DNA from: Nitrospinae bacterium CG11_big_fil_rev_8_21_14_0_20_45_15
GTDB lineage: Bacteria > Nitrospinota > Nitrospinia > Nitrospinales > VA-1
Length of the DNA: 64,000 nt
Reading direction: 5' to 3'
Assembly: GCA_002787235.1 (NCBI GenBank)
Contig: PCWG01000035.1
Span: forward strand, 101,109-165,108
Positions 62,018 to 64,000 of this stretch are shown in pieces. Within the stretch, counting starts at the first letter, position 1. Each line of letters starts with the position of its first letter. A model generated the notes under the pieces. It had not been told where the DNA came from and ran no database searches. It saw only the letters and a list, made by a program, of their open reading frames with translations. Both the position numbers and the translations under genes were made by a program.

Positions 62018-62143
62018 ATGAAAAAAGTGGCTGTATATATAGCATTATTGGTATTGGTTTCAGTGTTTGCTTCGGGCTGTTCTGAACAGAAATGTTGGGA
62101 AGGACATTGTAAAGAAGAGTATTCTCCCAAGCCTGCTGAATAG
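62018..62143 (+). CDS. Unannotated 41-aa lipoprotein
   Basis: AAGGAG RBS; MKKVAVYIALLVLVSVFASG-CSEQKCWEGHCKEEYSPKPAE*; below the ORF-track size cutoff. Confidence 0.75.
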   Translation: MKKVAVYIALLVLVSVFASGCSEQKCWEGHCKEEYSPKPAE

Positions 62144-62417
62144 AGATCATTTAATTCTGATTCTCTCCTGATCCGGTGCCAGGATAAAAATTTAGATCCC
62201 CCCTGCTCCAAGGACCTGCGTTGTCCTTTGACAGGGGGGCACTTATTTGCGCACCTGTAGCTTGACAATCCCCCCCTGTTTGGAGCTAGAATAAGACCTC
62301 GAACTTGGGACAGGAATGATTGGTTCAATCCGAGCAATGATCCACCCACCCCTTCACGAAGTGGTGGAACGGTGGGACTCCCACTGCGAAAGTTTTTTAA
62401 ATTTGAGGTAAAGATTC

Positions 62418-62741
62418 ATGGAAAGACACGCAGTTACGATTGAAGATGTCCGTGAAGTGCAAGACAATTTTAAAGCGGGCGTAACACAACACGAAGGAAA
62501 AGAATTTCAGGAAGCCATCGAAAGCTTCAAGACTGCCGCAAGTGTTCTTGCGGATGAAGAACATCTGAAAGAATTTCAAAAGAAATTAAAATCTGGTAAA
62601 TTCAAGTTACAGCAAGAAAGTATTGCGTATATGGGGTGCGCCGCGGTACATCTGAATAATCTCATCAATGAACTTGATGATGACCAAAAAGAGCAAGTAC
62701 CCGTGGACAAACAATTGACTGAAGCCTTTAGAGGTTGGTAG
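62418..62741 (+). CDS. Hypothetical helical protein
   Basis: GAGG RBS; 107-aa ORF. Confidence 0.7.
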   Translation: MERHAVTIEDVREVQDNFKAGVTQHEGKEFQEAIESFKTAASVLADEEHLKEFQKKLKSGKFKLQQESIAYMGCAAVHLNNLINELDDDQKEQVPVDKQLTEAFRGW

Positions 62742-62879
62742 TTTCCAACTCTCACTTCTTGCTCTGAAATCTTTTCAGAAATTCACTCAAAATCTGATGT
62801 TTTTCAGATAACAAGCCTTTTCCAAGGGCCGCTCGTTCAAAAGAACTTATTCCAGATTTCATTTTTCGGAGGGTTATTT

Positions 62880-64000
62880 TTGGACCAGGAATTTATAAAT
62901 CAGATACTGCTGAAAGAAATCCGCGAAAGAAAAATTCCTCTTAGCTTAGGGAAGACCTGCCCTGTCAAGTGCACCTTTTGCTACGAAAAGGATCACTCCT
63001 ATTTTCGTAAGACCTACGACATCCCCCTCACGACTGAAGAAAACTGGCGTTTTATCTTGAAAACGATCCAGAGCCTCCCCACAAAACCTTCAGAATCATG
63101 GGTGATCGGCGGCAACGAGTATATGGAATGGACCGACCTGTTCTTACATCCTCGCACAATGACCTGGATAGAGGAGTTTCTAGAGACCACTGATAAAAAC
63201 ATCATCATGTTCACCGTGGGTTATGTCGATCCTCAGAACATCAATCGTCTCGCTGAAAAATATCCCGGTCGCATCAATTTTGAGCTATCCGTTATCACAT
63301 TGGGGAAATACCGAAAACAATTGATGCCCAATGGACCCAGCGCAGAGCATGTATTAAAAGTGCTGGACGGCCCTGCCGTTACTTCGGCAAATTTTTATTC
63401 CTTTGGACCCAATACCATGTCCGAAGATGCTCGAATTATTTCCAAAGTAAACAGCAAGTGCCTGTTATGGATGGGATGTTTGACACCATTAAAAACACTG
63501 GACAGCGAAACCACGCGCGTCACACGATTGGGTAGAGAACATCTCCCCTATGAAGCGAAAAAAGTTTACGATGCGAACTATCCCAACATCACAATGCTTC
63601 ACACCGAATCCTATATCACTGCATTTTTAAATCGAAAGAAAATCTTTAAAACGCTGGATGCCTGTGAGATAGAGAAAAAAGACACGGTCGTCATGGCAGG
63701 CAACGTTTATAGAGTTTTAAAACTGTTTCGCCCCAACCGGGCAAAGTACCTCTATGTACCGAATGCCACCCTTGGAGGCGATTCCGACTGCACCACTCTT
63801 TTGACCTTCAATGATATTGCGGAGAGGTTGACCGACCAGCGAGTGGTCTACTTGCCGAAGGTCATAATGGAGGGATCAGGAAATCAGGAAAAAGATATTT
63901 CGGGGAATCTTTTTGAGGACTTTCAGGAACGCTTTCCTCGAATACGGTTCAAGGTCCTGCACAAAGTGAATTCCAGCATGTCCAACAAAAAGCTGTACGA
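62880..64000 (+). CDS. Radical SAM protein with DUF512-like C-terminus, 3'-truncated
   Basis: Not in the ORF track because there is no stop in the window; GGAGG RBS and TTG at 62880; CPVKCTFC; PNATLGGDSDCTTLLTFNDI resembles the DUF512 NxxFGG...LLTxxDI motif. Confidence 0.75.
   Translation, partial: MDQEFINQILLKEIRERKIPLSLGKTCPVKCTFCYEKDHSYFRKTYDIPLTTEENWRFILKTIQSLPTKPSESWVIGGNEYMEWTDLFLHPRTMTWIEEFLETTDKNIIMFTVGYVDPQNINRLAEKYPGRINFELSVITLGKYRKQLMPNGPSAEHVLKVLDGPAVTSANFYSFGPNTMSEDARIISKVNSKCLLWMGCLTPLKTLDSETTRVTRLGREHLPYEAKKVYDANYPNITMLHTESYITAFLNRKKIFKTLDACEIEKKDTVVMAGNVYRVLKLFRPNRAKYLYVPNATLGGDSDCTTLLTFNDIAERLTDQRVVYLPKVIMEGSGNQEKDISGNLFEDFQERFPRIRFKVLHKVNSSMSNKKLY

Noticed and set aside
62295-62390. 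tRNA, permuted tmRNA or 6S RNA (GGTTCAATCC, GAAGTGGTGGAA and CCCACC motifs)
   Set aside because: The T-stem does not pair, there is no cloverleaf, and the motif order does not fit 6S RNA.

Overview
Bacterial chromosomal window. The gene content is compatible with a Nitrospinota-like organism, but this is inference and no search was run. (1) 1-20.5 kb: a lower-GC, accessory cell-envelope/glycan-modification locus with three radical SAM enzymes, an SDR, two large polytopic membrane proteins associated with discoidin (F5/8-C) domains, a methyltransferase, an epimerase-GT2 fusion, a split transketolase and a GT2. It is interrupted by an intact-looking IS481, a decayed IS3 and an ankyrin gene. (2) 20.6-50.7 kb: mostly housekeeping genes (YgfZ-TPR, IscA/ErpA, desaturase, histidine kinase, complete F1Fo atp operon, holB-ricT-metG-tatD/rSAM, FKBP, uvrA, UbiD, oppB), plus a 15x42-aa TPR gene. 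(3) 50.7-55 kb: a patchwork separating oppB from oppC, containing a HEPN-motif ORF, an MsrP-like gene and a RAYT-type Y1 transposase bounded by perfect 14-bp inverted repeats. (4) 55-64 kb: oppC, DUF1566, FABP-like, J-domain proteins, Slp, BirA, an unannotated 41-aa lipoprotein and a truncated radical SAM gene. The best candidate for a new system is a modular ~85-110-bp hairpin repeat present six times. It has covarying stems, a fixed-length 22-23-nt variable core, a hairpin that overlaps the 3' ends of host genes, and inverted copies bracketing two accessory genes (TPR and HEPN-like). It co-occurs with the TIR-bounded RAYT and with an orphan copy of that RAYT's end.
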